Part shown: positions 39,608-50,812 of the stretch, one piece after another
How positions within the stretch are numbered: the first letter of the stretch is position 1
How the letters are laid out: every line of letters begins with the position of its first letter
Position numbers and translations under genes: made by a program
Notes under the pieces: generated by a model
The model's database searches: none
What the model saw: only the letters and a program-made list of their open reading frames with translations
Told to the model about the DNA's origin: nothing
Origin: an uncultured Streptococcus sp.
GTDB taxonomy: Bacteria > Bacillota > Bacilli > Lactobacillales > Streptococcaceae
Direction of reading: 5' to 3'
Length of the DNA stretch: 64,000 nucleotides
Assembly: GCA_916439305.1 (NCBI GenBank)
Contig: CAKAIO010000004.1
Location: forward strand, 308,290-372,289

Positions 39608-40629
39608 ATGATGCAAGAAAAGATTTTGGTAACAGGTGGAGCAGGTTTTATCGGAACTCACACTGTCATCGAACTGGTCCAAGCTGGACATCAGGTTGTC
39701 GTGGTGGATAACTTGGTCAACAGTAGTCGTAAAAGTTTAGAAGTAGTGGAAAGAATTACAGGAGTTGAGATTCCTTTTTATGAAGCTGATATCCGAGATA
39801 CGGATACACTTCGTGACATTTTCAAACAGGAAGAGCCAACAGGCGTGATTCATTTTGCTGGTTTGAAGGCAGTTGGTGAGTCAACTCGTATCCCTCTTGC
39901 CTACTATGATAACAATATTGCCGGTACAGTTAGCCTTTGAAGGCAATGGAAGAAAATAACTGTAAGAACATTATCTTCAGTTCATCAGCAACAGTTTATG
40001 GAGATCCACATACTGTTCCAATCCTAGAAGATTTCCCACTTTCAGCTACCAACCCTTATGGCCGTACCAAGCTTATGCTGGAAGAAATCTTGACAGATAT
40101 CCATAAAGCAGATTCAGAATGGAACGTTGTCTTACTTCGTTACTTCAACCCAATTGGGGCGCATGAGAGTGGTGATCTAGGAGAAAATCCAAACGGCATT
40201 CCAAATAACCTTCTACCGTATGTAACACAAGTCGCAGTTGGTAAGTTAGAACAAGTTCAAGTCTTCGGAGATGACTACGATACAGAAGATGGAACAGGTG
40301 TTCGTGACTATATCCACGTCGTTGACCTAGCAAAAGGACACGTTGCCGCCCTTAAGAAGCTTCAAAAAGGATCTGGACTCAATGTCTATAACCTTGGTAC
40401 TGGAAAAGGCTACTCTGTTCTTGAAATTATTCAAAATATGGAGAAAGCTGTTGGGCGCCCAATTCCATACCGTATCGTTGAACGTCGCCCAGGTGATATC
40501 GCAGCTTGCTACTCAGACCCAGCAAAAGCTAAGGAAGAGCTCGGATGGGAAGCAGGACTTGGTATTACAGAAATGTGTGAAGATGCATGGCGTTGGCAAA
40601 GCAAACATCCAAATGGATTTGAAGACTAA
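39608..40629 (+). CDS. galE: UDP-glucose 4-epimerase; frameshift near 39937
   Basis: [38 protein letters not shown]. Confidence 0.96.
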
Positions 40630-40901
40630 TCGTTTGATTAAACAAAAAAAGAGGAAGTAATTCCTCTTTTTTTATAACTTTTATATGTGGTTGAAATAAA
40701 AAAATTTGATTAGTGCTTAAGTGATAGAAAAAAATGTCTTAAAAAGAACAGTTTATTTATTATTGAAATGCTGGAACAAATAAAAAGTAAAAATTGTATA
40801 AAAAAATAGCTAGCAAAAATACTATAATTTTCTAGAAAAAAATATGCTAAACTAGATAAAAGTGGAAAAACCCCGTTTATTTTCTGCTAAAAAAACTAGG
40901 A

Positions 40902-41099
40902 CTAATCTTTAATCAGGGCACGTGTAGGACAGTTTTTTACAGCTTCTAACACATCTTTACTTAGGGGAGTTTCCCTCTCTAGCTGATCAGGATTATCATA
41001 AAAACGGACGATACCATTATCATGGTAATCAAATAATTCAGAATAAGTCTGGCATAGCCCGCAGGCTATACAGCGTTCAGGTATAAGTGTGATTTTCAT
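40902..41099 (-). CDS. Ferredoxin
   Basis: CIACGLC...CP motif, 65 aa. Confidence 0.9.
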   Translation of the reverse strand: MKITLIPERCIACGLCQTYSELFDYHDNGIVRFYDNPDQLERETPLSKDVLEAVKNCPTRALIKD

Positions 41100-41144
41100 A
41101 TTTATATTGTAATAAGAAAGTAAAAAAAACTCAAGGAGTAAGGT

Positions 41145-41636
41145 ATGGAAAAGGAACCGTGGCAAGAAGATATTTATGAAAACCAAGAAGAGGAATCAAG
41201 AACAGAACGCCGTCATCGAAACAAAAAAGGTTCAGGTGTAGTGGCCAATCGTATTTTAACGGTTCTAGCTATTCTCTTCTTTGTCATTGTTGTTGGGATG
41301 GTAGTTGTATTGGTCTACTTGTCATCAGGCGGAAGTGATCGCACTTCAGCTTTGAAAGATTTTTATGATTCTTCAGCTCCAAAAGTAGAAGAAGTTACAA
41401 CAGTGGCTACTACTACTCAGTCAACAGAGTCAACAGAAGCAGAGACAACTCAACAAGAACATACAGAGGCACATACTGATTCTGAAGGAACTATTACAGT
41501 CATGGCAGGAGAAGGGGAAGCAGCTATTGCAGCTCGAGCTGGGATTTCTATTGCTCAACTTGAATCTCTAAACCCTGGTCATATGTCTTCAGGAACTTGG
41601 TTTGCAAATCCTGGTGATGTACTTAAGACAAGATAG
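41145..41636 (+). CDS. Membrane-anchored protein with C-terminal LysM-like domain (SAG1386/EF1546-like)
   Basis: Single TM, T/E-rich linker, [17 protein letters not shown]...PGDVLK. Confidence 0.8.
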   Translation: MEKEPWQEDIYENQEEESRTERRHRNKKGSGVVANRILTVLAILFFVIVVGMVVVLVYLSSGGSDRTSALKDFYDSSAPKVEEVTTVATTTQSTESTEAETTQQEHTEAHTDSEGTITVMAGEGEAAIAARAGISIAQLESLNPGHMSSGTWFANPGDVLKTR

Positions 41637-41644
41637 GAGTGACA

Positions 41645-42314
41645 ATGAAAACAATTCAGATTGCTATTGATGGGCCAGCTTCCAGCGGTAAGAGTACAGT
41701 AGCTAAGATTATTGCTAAGGACTTTGGCTATACTTATCTGGATACAGGCGCTATGTATCGTGCGGCGACTTACATCGCATTGAAAAACCAAATTAGCCCA
41801 GATGAGCCATCTCAACTTCTTGAATTATTGGAACAATACCCGATTAGTTTTGGCCGCGCTGAAACAGGAGAGCAGCTTGTTTGTTGGAGATGTAGATGTA
41901 ACAAATCCAATCCGAGAAAATGAAGTAACCAATGCTGTTTCTGCTTTTGCAGCGATTCCAGCTGTTCGTGAAAAATTGGTAGCCTTTCAGCAAGAAATTG
42001 CTCAACAAGGTGGCATTGTTATGGATGGCCGCGATATTGGTACGGTAGTGTTACCTAAGGCTGAATTAAAGATATTTCTTGTAGCTTCTGTGGATGAGCG
42101 AGCAGAGCGTCGGTACAAGGAAAATCTTTCAAAAGGAATTGAAACTGATTTAGAAACTTTAAAGGAAGAGATTGCAGCGCGTGATTATAAAGATAGTCAT
42201 CGAGAAACTTCTCCCTTGAAGCAAGCAGAAAATGCTATCTACTTAGATACAACAGGACTAAGTATTTTAGAAGTTGTCGAAAAAATCAAATCAGAGGCAG
42301 TTAAACAATTTTAA
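41645..42314 (+). CDS. cmk: Cytidylate kinase; frameshift near 41880
   Basis: [28 protein letters not shown]. Confidence 0.95.
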
Positions 42315-42453
42315 TCAGAGAAGATAACCGATTGACCATGATAGTGGTGAGTCGGTTTTTTGGTAATTTGTCAAATTTTGAATTTTAAGGTATAATAGTT
42401 TCTGTTAACGAAAATTTGACATTCAAACCATCATGAAAATAGAAGGAGATAAA

Positions 42454-42792
42454 ATGAACAATCTACCAAATTGTCCAAAATGTAATTCAGAATATGTCTA
42501 TGAAGACGGAGCATTGCTAGTCTGCCCAGAGTGTGCTTATGAATGGAATCCTGCTGAGCAAGCAGAGGTTGAAGAAGGTCTTGTTGCTGTCGATGCTAAT
42601 GGAAATAAATTGGCTGACGGTGATACAGTAACCTTGATCAAAGACCTTAAGGTAAAAGGTGCTCCTAAAGATCTTAAGCAAGGAACACGTGTTAAAAATA
42701 TCCGTATTGTTGAGGGGGACCATAACATCGATTGTAAGATTGATGGTTTTGGTGCTATGAAGCTTAAATCAGAATTTGTGAAGAAGATTTAA
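42454..42792 (+). CDS. phnA: PhnA/YjdM zinc-ribbon protein
   Basis: CPKC...[17 protein letters not shown]. Confidence 0.88.
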   Translation: MNNLPNCPKCNSEYVYEDGALLVCPECAYEWNPAEQAEVEEGLVAVDANGNKLADGDTVTLIKDLKVKGAPKDLKQGTRVKNIRIVEGDHNIDCKIDGFGAMKLKSEFVKKI

Positions 42793-42794
42793 TC

Positions 42795-43427
42795 ATGATT
42801 AAAAATGAAAAAGTAATATTTTATAGCCGTATCTTTTTATTTATAGCAGCCTTTACTGGTGTATACTTGGAGATTACCAAACGCGGTGGTTTAGGGATGT
42901 TGCTCTACTATACGGTCCTTTCCAACCTTTTGGTTGTACTCTTTACAGCTTATCTTTTGTTAAAGATGCGTAGTAGCGGTGATAGTTGGCAGAGTGCTGG
43001 GATTTTACGTCTCAAAGGTGGTGTCACCATGAGTATTATGATTACTTGTGTCATCTACCATTTTATGTTGGCACCGATTGCAACAGATTTTTACCGTCTA
43101 GAAAATTTCCTTTGTCATTATATCGTGCCCCTCTGGTTTTTAGCAGATACAATTATTTTTGATAAGAATCGTCAATATAAGTGGTTTGATCCCATGCTTT
43201 GGACCAGCCTTCCTTTGCTTTATATGATTTTTGCCCTTTTAAACGGTTTTGTTCTAAAGATGGATGTTCCTAACGCTAAGGATAGTCCCTTCCCTTATTT
43301 CTTTTTAAATGCCAATAAACATGGTTGGGGATTTGTCTTTAAATGGGCAGCTATTATCTTTGTAGCTTATATGATTTCAGGATATCTATTTTATCTTGTG
43401 AAAAGTATTAAAAAATCTAAGAAATAA
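42795..43427 (+). CDS. Integral membrane protein (Pr6Pr/FAR-17a-like)
   Basis: YYTVLSN, HYIVP, PYFFLN motifs; about 6 TM. Confidence 0.75.
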   Translation: MIKNEKVIFYSRIFLFIAAFTGVYLEITKRGGLGMLLYYTVLSNLLVVLFTAYLLLKMRSSGDSWQSAGILRLKGGVTMSIMITCVIYHFMLAPIATDFYRLENFLCHYIVPLWFLADTIIFDKNRQYKWFDPMLWTSLPLLYMIFALLNGFVLKMDVPNAKDSPFPYFFLNANKHGWGFVFKWAAIIFVAYMISGYLFYLVKSIKKSKK

Positions 43428-43565
43428 AAGTACCCAATCTGGGTGCTTTTTTTGTGATAGAGATAATTGTACCCGGACAAATCGATTTATTTTATCTTGT
43501 TATGAAGTCTTTTATACCTTACAATAAAACTGTAGCTACCAATACAACTATTGAGGATGAAAAGA

Positions 43566-44441
43566 ATGACTGAAAATCGTTATGAATTAAATAAGAATTT
43601 GGCACAGATGCTTAAAGGTGGCGTCATCATGGATGTTCAAAACCCTGAACAGGCAAGAATTGCTGAGGCTGCAGGTGCGGCAGCAGTTATGGCTTTGGAA
43701 CGAATCCCAGCTGATATTCGTGCAGCGGGTGGTGTCTCTCGCATGAGTGATCCAAAGATGATTAAGGAAATCCAAGAAGCAGTCAGCATTCCAGTTATGG
43801 CTAAGGTTCGAATTGGGCATTTTGTTGAAGCACAGATTTTAGAAGCTATCGAGATTGACTATATCGATGAGAGCGAAGTTCTATCTCCAGCTGACGATCG
43901 TTTCCATGTGGACAAGAAAGAATTTCAAGTTCCTTTTGTTTGTGGTGCTAAAGACCTAGGAGAAGCCTTGCGCCGTATCGCTGAAGGAGCTTCTATGATC
44001 CGTACAAAAGGGGAACCAGGAACAGGAGACATCGTTCAGGCGGTTCGTCATATGCGTATGATGAATCAAGAAATTCGTCGCATTCAAAACCTCCGTGAGG
44101 ACGAGTTATATGTTGCTGCCAAGGACTTGCAAGTACCTGTAGAATTAGTTCAATATGTCCACGAAAATGGAAAATTACCAGTTGTTAACTTTGCGGCTGG
44201 AGGGGTTGCAACACCAGCGGACGCTGCTCTTATGATGCAGCTAGGTGCAGAAGGTGTGTTTGTTGGCTCAGGGATTTTCAAGTCAGGTGATCCTGTTAAA
44301 CGTGCAGCAGCAATTGTCAAAGCTGTTACCAATTATCAGAATCCTCAAATTCTGGCTCAAATCTCGGAAGACTTGGGAGAAGCTATGGTTGGTATCAATG
44401 AGAATGAAATCCAAATTCTCATGGCTGAGCGAGGAAAATAG
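43566..44441 (+). CDS. pdxS: Pyridoxal 5'-phosphate synthase lyase subunit
   Basis: [38 protein letters not shown]. Confidence 0.97.
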   Translation: MTENRYELNKNLAQMLKGGVIMDVQNPEQARIAEAAGAAAVMALERIPADIRAAGGVSRMSDPKMIKEIQEAVSIPVMAKVRIGHFVEAQILEAIEIDYIDESEVLSPADDRFHVDKKEFQVPFVCGAKDLGEALRRIAEGASMIRTKGEPGTGDIVQAVRHMRMMNQEIRRIQNLREDELYVAAKDLQVPVELVQYVHENGKLPVVNFAAGGVATPADAALMMQLGAEGVFVGSGIFKSGDPVKRAAAIVKAVTNYQNPQILAQISEDLGEAMVGINENEIQILMAERGK

Positions 44442-45014
44442 ATGAAAATCGGAATCTTGGCCTTGCAAGGTGCCTTTGTAGAACACGAGAAAATGCTTGC
44501 TCAACTAGGAGTTGAAAGTATTGAACTGCGAAACCTAGAAGATTTTCAGCAACACAAGAGTGAGCTGTCGGGGTTAATCTTGCCAGGAGGTGAGTCAACG
44601 GCCATGGGGAAACTGTTGCGAGATCAGCAGATGCTAATTCCTCTAAGAGAGGCTATTCTCAATGGTTTACCAGTCTTTGGAACTTGTGCGGGTTTAATTT
44701 TGCTAGCAAAACAAATCACTTCTCAAGAGGAAAGCCATCTAGCGACAATGGATATAGTAGTAGAGCGCAATGCCTATGGACGTCAGCTAGGAAGCTTTTA
44801 TACAGAAGCTGACTGCAAGGGCGTTGGTAAAGTTCCAATGACCTTTATCCGTGGACCGATTATCAGTAGTGTTGGTGACGGTGTTGATGTTCTAGCGATT
44901 GTGAACAATCAAATCGTAGCGGCACAAGAAAAGAATATGCTGGTAACCTCCTTTCATCCTGAATTGACAAAAGATCTTCGTTTGCATCAGTACTTTATGA
45001 ATATGTGTAAATAA
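44442..45014 (+). CDS. pdxT: PLP synthase glutaminase subunit
   Basis: LALQG, PGGEST, GTCAG, RNAYGRQ, FHPE. Confidence 0.96.
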   Translation: MKIGILALQGAFVEHEKMLAQLGVESIELRNLEDFQQHKSELSGLILPGGESTAMGKLLRDQQMLIPLREAILNGLPVFGTCAGLILLAKQITSQEESHLATMDIVVERNAYGRQLGSFYTEADCKGVGKVPMTFIRGPIISSVGDGVDVLAIVNNQIVAAQEKNMLVTSFHPELTKDLRLHQYFMNMCK

Positions 45015-45047
45015 AAAAAGAGGTTGGGATTTTTCCCACCTTCTTTT

Positions 45048-45695
45048 TTACATGTAATAAACAATAGCAATGTATTGGAGAGCAGAAGCTGCTAAGATAA
45101 ACAAATGCCAAATCATGTGAAAGTATGGTTTTTTCTTGGCGTAAAAACCAGCTCCAACAGTGTAACAGAGTCCGCCCGATACCATGAGGCTCCAAAAAAT
45201 TGGAGTTGTTTGACTGATGATTGCTGGTAAGATAGCTAATACAAGCCATCCCATGATGAGGTAAAGGATGAGACTAAATTTTTCATTGACCTTCTTGGCA
45301 AAGATTTTATAAAGAATACCGAAAATAGTTGTCCCCCACTGAATGGCGATAATCAGATAACCAAACCAATTATTCATCAGGGTTAAAACCACCGGGGTAT
45401 AAGAACCTGCAATGGCAACATAAATCATAGAATGGTCAATAATTCGTAACACATATTTATGAGTTGAACCATAAGCCATAGAATGATAAATAGTCGATGA
45501 AAGGAACATGAGAAAGAGGCTGATGACGAAGATGGAAACACCGATAGACGATAAGAAACCATGCGTTTCATAACTATAGGTTGATGAAATAGGAAGTAGG
45601 ATGAGCATGATAAATGCTCCTACAGCATGGGTGACACTGTTGGCAATTTCTTCTCCAAAACTAAGTCGTTTACTAAGTTTGAAACTAGTATTCAT
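45048..45695 (-). CDS. Hemolysin III / PAQR family membrane protein
   Basis: EEIANSVTH, SSTIYH, DHSMIY..IAGSYTP, HMIWHLF. Confidence 0.92.
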   Translation of the reverse strand: MNTSFKLSKRLSFGEEIANSVTHAVGAFIMLILLPISSTYSYETHGFLSSIGVSIFVISLFLMFLSSTIYHSMAYGSTHKYVLRIIDHSMIYVAIAGSYTPVVLTLMNNWFGYLIIAIQWGTTIFGILYKIFAKKVNEKFSLILYLIMGWLVLAILPAIISQTTPIFWSLMVSGGLCYTVGAGFYAKKKPYFHMIWHLFILAASALQYIAIVYYM

Positions 45696-46143
45696 TTGTT
45701 TCCTCCTCTTCGATTTCTGTATAGACTAGTGTAAGTGTTTGATGATAGAGTTTGACCGTTTGGCAGCTTGCCTGGATAATGGGATTAGCTGGATCAATAT
45801 CTTCATTCATATAGTCCACAAAAGCATTGTAAAGTTCTTCTGAATTAGTGTCTGTGTGTAGGGTATTAAGGGTTTGAGCAATTTCTTGGATAGAAAAAAA
45901 CAGACTTGAGAGTGGTAATAGCAATCAATCGTGCGATTTGTTTGCGTTGATATTTTTTTCTTTTCAGGGTTTACTGATATATCCGTGTTTGACATAGTTG
46001 TTCACCATGGATGCTGTCAAACCTTTCTCCTTGTCAGGAGAAGCTGGAGGACAGATTTGATTGACATAGAGCAGAACCTGGTCCAGATAGAGATTGATAC
46101 TTGGAATTTCTTCCCATTTTGGATAGGAAAAAGTGGTATTCAT
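45685..46143 (-). CDS. DUF1836 family putative DNA-binding protein; frameshifted
   Basis: WEEIPSINLYLDQV and LTASMVNNYVK motifs; coupled to the hemolysin III gene. Confidence 0.8.
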
Positions 46144-46158
46144 TTTCAACTCCTTTTT

Positions 46159-46206
46159 ATCTAGTTTTAATAACTAGATTATAAAATATTAGAAATAATA
46201 AGTCAA
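46159..46206 (-). promoter_or_regulatory. Sigma-70 promoter with a palindrome over the start site
   Basis: TTGACT-N17-TATAAT (46206-46178); perfect IR ATCTAGTT-N5-AACTAGAT at 46159-46179. Confidence 0.65.
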
Positions 46207-46273
46207 GTTTCAAGTGCTTGTAGAAAGAAATAATTTATGCTATGATGAGAGAAATAGTATGAAAAGAGGATAA

Positions 46274-46777
46274 ATGATGGAGATTCGCTTAGCCTTTCCA
46301 AACGAAGTTGATGCAATTATGCAAGTGATTGAGGGAGCCAAGAAATGTTTGGCAGAAGCTGGTAGCACTCAGTGGCAAAACGGCTACCCAGATGCAGATA
46401 CCATTATTGAAGATATCATCTCTGGTCAAGCTTATGTAGCCCTAGACGAAGGGGACCTCTTAGCCTATGCAGCAGTGACTAAAAGCCCAGAAAAAGATTA
46501 TGAAGCAATTTATGATGGCAACTGGGAGGGAAATGAACCAGAATACTTAGTATTTCACCGTATTGCTGTTGCTAGAGATGCGCAAGGTCAAGGTGTTGCT
46601 CAGACCTTTTTAGAAGGCTTGGTTGAAGGCTTCGATTACCTAGATTTTCGTTCAGATACGCATGATAAAAACATAGCCATGCAGCATATCTTTGAAAAAC
46701 TTGGCTTCAAACAGGTTGGTAAAGTTCCAGTAGACGGGGAACGCTTGGCCTATCAAAAATTAAAATCAAATGCCTAA
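46274..46777 (+). CDS. GNAT family N-acetyltransferase
   Basis: QWQNGYP, HRIAV...QGQGVA, N.AMQHIFEKLGF. Confidence 0.88.
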   Translation: MMEIRLAFPNEVDAIMQVIEGAKKCLAEAGSTQWQNGYPDADTIIEDIISGQAYVALDEGDLLAYAAVTKSPEKDYEAIYDGNWEGNEPEYLVFHRIAVARDAQGQGVAQTFLEGLVEGFDYLDFRSDTHDKNIAMQHIFEKLGFKQVGKVPVDGERLAYQKLKSNA

Positions 46778-47282
46778 GAAGTATGCAAAGATGCTATACA
46801 AGTCACCGATTGGCTCCCTATCTCTGCTAGCAGATGACCACTATTTGTTTGGGATATGGATTGAAGAAGAGAGCGATTTTGAGAAGGGATTATCTGAAAA
46901 TGATGTGACTGTTGTTGAAAGTCATCCCATTTTAAATCAAATTACTTCCTATTTAGAGACTTATTTTAAGGGGCAAAATCAAGACTTATCTGAATTACCT
47001 TTAGCTCCTGTCGGTAGTGACTTTGAAAAAAGAGTCTGGAACTACTTGCGAGGAATTCCTTTTGGTCAGACAGTTACTTATGGGCAAATAGCTAAGGACT
47101 TGCAGGTGGCTTCTGCTCAAGCAGTCGGAGGAGCAGTAGGTCGCAATCCCTGGTCTATCCTTGTACCCTGTCACCGTGTGCTAGGTGCTGGAGGACGTCT
47201 GACAGGCTATGCTTGGGGACTCGAAAAGAAGGCTTGGCTCTTGAGGCATGAAGGTGCAAGTTATCAAGAAAATAAAAAATAG
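46770..47282 (+). CDS. ogt: Methylated-DNA-protein-cysteine methyltransferase
   Basis: PCHRV active site, IPFGQTVTYG. Confidence 0.92.
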   Translation: MPKKYAKMLYKSPIGSLSLLADDHYLFGIWIEEESDFEKGLSENDVTVVESHPILNQITSYLETYFKGQNQDLSELPLAPVGSDFEKRVWNYLRGIPFGQTVTYGQIAKDLQVASAQAVGGAVGRNPWSILVPCHRVLGAGGRLTGYAWGLEKKAWLLRHEGASYQENKK

Positions 47283-47294
47283 AAAGAGAAGAAA

Positions 47295-47650
47295 ATGTTA
47301 GAATTTATCGAATATCCAAAATGTACAACTTGTAAAAAAGCTAAGAAAGAATTAGATCAACTCGGACTAGAATATAAAGACGTTCATATCGTTGAAGAGA
47401 CTCCGAGTGAAAAGGTCATTTTAAACTGGCTCGAAACTTCGGGATTTGAATTGAAGCAATTTTTCAATACTAGTGGTATCAAATACCGTGAACTGGGTTT
47501 GAAAGATAAAGTTGGAACAATGTCAAACAAAGAAGCAGCCAAACTCTTGGCCAGTGATGGTATGCTGTTAAAACGTCCAATACTAGTTGAAAATGGTCTT
47601 GTAAAACAAATTGGCTATCGTAAATCATACAATAACTGGATTTGAATTAG
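47295..47650 (+). CDS. ArsC/Spx-like (YusI) family protein
   Basis: CTTC, FNTSG, LLKRP; likely indel at the 3' end. Confidence 0.88.
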
Positions 47651-47666
47651 TTTTTTTCTATCTCCT

Positions 47667-47685
47667 TGATAGATAAAATATATAA
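47667..47685 (+). promoter_or_regulatory. Candidate LysR-type (CysR/CmbR) site
   Basis: TGATA-N9-TATAA upstream of the amino-acid ABC operon. Confidence 0.4.
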
Positions 47686-47806
47686 CCTCCCACTTTTAAA
47701 GTATGATAAACTAGAAGGTAGATGAAATCTGATATGCTCGTAGCAAATATTTTTAATTAGAGCATAAGTATGATAGAATGAATCATTATCTTGAGAGGAT
47801 GTTTCT

Positions 47807-48607
47807 ATGAATGTTACAACGATTTTAGCATCTGATTGGTATCAAAATTTGATGCAATATATTCCAGATGGCAAACTTTTTAGTTGGCGTTCTGTCTTTG
47901 ATGGGATTCCAAGAATTGTACAGCAATTACCTACAACATTGATGTTAACGGTATTTGGTGCCTTTTTTGGTATCATGCTAGCCCTAATCTTTGCTATCGT
48001 TAAAATCAACCGAGTTAGATTTATTTACCCATTACAAGCCTTTTTTGTAAGTTTCTTAAAAGGAACTCCAATTTTAGTTCAACTAATGTTGACTTATTAT
48101 GGGATTCCATTAGCTTTGAAAGCCTTGAATCAACAATGGGGAACTTCTCTGAACATTAATGCTATTCCAGCAGCAACATTTGCGATTGTGGCTTTTGCTT
48201 TTAACGAGGCAGCCTATGCCAGCGAAACTCTTCGTGCGGCAATTCTTTCTGTAAATCCAGGTGAAATTGAAGCTGCTCGTAGTCTTGGTATGACACGTGC
48301 GCAAGTTTATCGTCGTGTGATTATTCCCAATGCAGCAGTAGTTGCAACACCAACCTTGATTAACTCCTTGATTGGCTTGACCAAGGGGACTTCCCTAGCC
48401 TTCAGTGCAGGTGTTGTAGAAGTCTTTGCCCAAGCTCAGATTTTGGGTGGTGCAGACTATCGTTACTTTGAACGTTTCATCTCAGTAGCTCTCGTCTATT
48501 GGGTGGTAAATATCGTTATTGAAAATCTTGGCCGTTTCATTGAAAGAAAAATGGCTATTACAGCACCAGATAATGTTGAGACAGATGTGAAAGGAGAGCT
48601 TCGCTAA
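47807..48607 (+). CDS. Amino-acid ABC transporter permease (cystine/TcyB-like)
   Basis: KGTPILVQL, EAA motif (GEIEAARSLG). Confidence 0.88.
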   Translation: MNVTTILASDWYQNLMQYIPDGKLFSWRSVFDGIPRIVQQLPTTLMLTVFGAFFGIMLALIFAIVKINRVRFIYPLQAFFVSFLKGTPILVQLMLTYYGIPLALKALNQQWGTSLNINAIPAATFAIVAFAFNEAAYASETLRAAILSVNPGEIEAARSLGMTRAQVYRRVIIPNAAVVATPTLINSLIGLTKGTSLAFSAGVVEVFAQAQILGGADYRYFERFISVALVYWVVNIVIENLGRFIERKMAITAPDNVETDVKGELR

Positions 48608-49350
48608 TGATTAAAATTTCAAATTTAAGCAAATCCTTTTCAGGTCAAACCGTTTTGGACCATCTGAACTTAGATATTCAAAAAGGAGAAGTTGTTGCCT
48701 TAATTGGTTCTTCAGGAGCTGGGAAATCAACTTTTCTTCGTAGCCTAAACTATCTAGAAACTCCTGATAGTGGTTCTATTCAGATTGATGATTTCAAAGT
48801 TGATTTTTCTCAAATTACGCAAGAAGAAATTCTAACTCTTCGTCGCAAACTATCCATGGTTTTCCAACAGTTTAATTTATTTGAGCGTAGAACAGCGCTA
48901 GAAAATGTTAAAGAAGGCTTGGTTGTCGTTAAAAAACTATCGGACGAAGAAGCGACTAGGATTGCCAAGGAAGAGTTGGCTAAGGTTGGGCTTTCTGATC
49001 GTGAACAGCATTATCCGCGTCACTTGTCTGGGGGACAAAAACAACGGGTTGCAATAGCGCGTGCTCTAGCCATGAAACCAGACGTCTTACTCTTGGATGA
49101 ACCGACTTCAGCACTGGATCCAGAATTGGTTGGTGAGGTAGAAAGATCGATTGCCAATGCTGCAAAATCAGGTCAAACCATGGTTTTGGTTAGTCACGAT
49201 ATGTCATTTGTTGCTCAGGTTGCGGATAAGGTTTTATTCTTGGATAAAGGAAAGATTATTGAATCTGGAACACCGGATGAGATTATCAACCATCCTAAAG
49301 AAGAACGAACAAAAGAGTTCTTTGCTAGTTACAAACGGACCTATATCTGA
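48607..49350 (+). CDS. Amino-acid ABC transporter ATP-binding protein (TcyC-like)
   Basis: [28 protein letters not shown]. Confidence 0.92.
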   Translation: MIKISNLSKSFSGQTVLDHLNLDIQKGEVVALIGSSGAGKSTFLRSLNYLETPDSGSIQIDDFKVDFSQITQEEILTLRRKLSMVFQQFNLFERRTALENVKEGLVVVKKLSDEEATRIAKEELAKVGLSDREQHYPRHLSGGQKQRVAIARALAMKPDVLLLDEPTSALDPELVGEVERSIANAAKSGQTMVLVSHDMSFVAQVADKVLFLDKGKIIESGTPDEIINHPKEERTKEFFASYKRTYI

Positions 49351-49429
49351 TATAATAGAAGATAAGAAAAACTCAGTTGGCTAAGCTAACTGGGTTTGCT
49401 CTTTAAAAATAATAGAAATGAGAGAGAGC

Positions 49430-49653
49430 ATGCTAGTTCAGCTATTTGCTTTGTATTTAGAGAGTTTGGTTTTGACGATTTTACTAGTCTTGGTTGTCTT
49501 AGGGATTTGGATTGGTTTAAGAGCTCTATCAGGTGTGGATAAAACTGCTAAGGAGCGTCAGGCTCACCTCTATGATATGATTATGATTGGAGTTCTAACA
49601 ATTCCAGTATTATCTTTTGCAACCATGAGCATCTGTTGGTTCTCAAGGCTTAA
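49430..49653 (+). CDS. Small membrane protein (DUF4059-like); 3' frameshift
   Basis: Two TMs around DKTAKERQAHLYD; usual neighbour of trxB. Confidence 0.7.
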
Positions 49654-49718
49654 TAGTTGTCAAATAGGATTTTATCCGTTAGAATAAGAATAGTTACAAC
49701 AAGAAAGAAGGAAATAGA

Positions 49719-50630
49719 ATGTACGATACGATTATTATCGGTGCAGGTCCTGCTGGGATGACTGCAGCCTTGTATGCAGCTCGCAGCAATCTCAAAGTAG
49801 CTTTGATTGAAGGTGGTCTTCCTGGTGGTCAGATGAACAATACTTCTGACATTGAAAACTATCCAGGTTATGCTAACATTAGTGGACCTGAGTTAGCAGA
49901 AAAGATGTTTGAACCTCTTGAAAATCTAGGTGTTGAACATCTCTATGGCTTTGTAAAAAATATTGAGGACCATGGTGATGTTAAGAAAGTAATCACAGAC
50001 GATGAAGAATTTGAAACTCGCACAGTTATCGTAGCGACTGGTTCAAAACATCGCCTCTTAGGAGTTCCAGGAGAAGAAGAACTCAATAGCCGTGGTGTTT
50101 CTTACTGTGCAGTTTGTGATGGAGCCTTTTTCCGTGACCAAGATTTGTTGGTTGTAGGTGGAGGAGATTCGGCTGTTGAAGAAGCAATCTTCTTAACACA
50201 GTTCGCCAAATCTGTAACCATCGTTCACCGTCGTGATGAACTTCGTGCCCAAAAAGTCTTGCAAGACCGCGCCTTTGCCAATGATAAAATCAACTTCATT
50301 TGGGATTCTGTTGTCAAAGAAATCAAGGGTGAAAACCGTGTGGAGTCAATTGTCATTGAAAATGTTAAAACAAATCAAGTGACTGAACATGCCTTTGGAG
50401 GTGTCTTCATCTATGTTGGTTTAGATCCAGTTAGCGATTTTACAAAAGATTTACAAATCCAAGATGAGTCAGGTTGGATTGTGACAGATGACCACATGAA
50501 GACAAGTGTTGCAGGTGTCTTTGCAGTTGGAGATGTTCGTCAGAAAGACCTTCGCCAAGTTACAACAGCAGTTGGAGATGGTGCGATTGCAGGTCAAGAA
50601 GCCTATAAATATATTACTGAACATAGTTAA
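49719..50630 (+). CDS. trxB: Thioredoxin reductase
   Basis: GAGPAG, CAVCDG, GGGDSAVEE, GD.RQ. Confidence 0.97.
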   Translation: MYDTIIIGAGPAGMTAALYAARSNLKVALIEGGLPGGQMNNTSDIENYPGYANISGPELAEKMFEPLENLGVEHLYGFVKNIEDHGDVKKVITDDEEFETRTVIVATGSKHRLLGVPGEEELNSRGVSYCAVCDGAFFRDQDLLVVGGGDSAVEEAIFLTQFAKSVTIVHRRDELRAQKVLQDRAFANDKINFIWDSVVKEIKGENRVESIVIENVKTNQVTEHAFGGVFIYVGLDPVSDFTKDLQIQDESGWIVTDDHMKTSVAGVFAVGDVRQKDLRQVTTAVGDGAIAGQEAYKYITEHS

Positions 50631-50632
50631 AA

Positions 50633-50812
50633 AGGCGGTGGGACAGAAATCGATAGACAAAGTCTCGATTTCGTAGTCCCAGCCCCGCGAGGATGATTAG
50701 GAGCTTTTTGGAGTCTAAAAAGACGAACAAAAAGTTCAATCAGCTACCGCGTCAAAGTTTGATTGCTAATAAAAAGTGAGGTCGGGATCTTTTGTCCCAA
50801 CCTCACTTTTTT
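50633..50812. repeat. Streptococcal intergenic multi-hairpin repeat (SPRITE/STAR-like)
   Basis: GTGGGACAGAAATCG...CGATTTCGTAGTCCC hairpin, a second long hairpin, then AAAAAGTGAGGTCGGGA/TCCCAACCTCACTTTTT bidirectional terminator. Confidence 0.65.
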
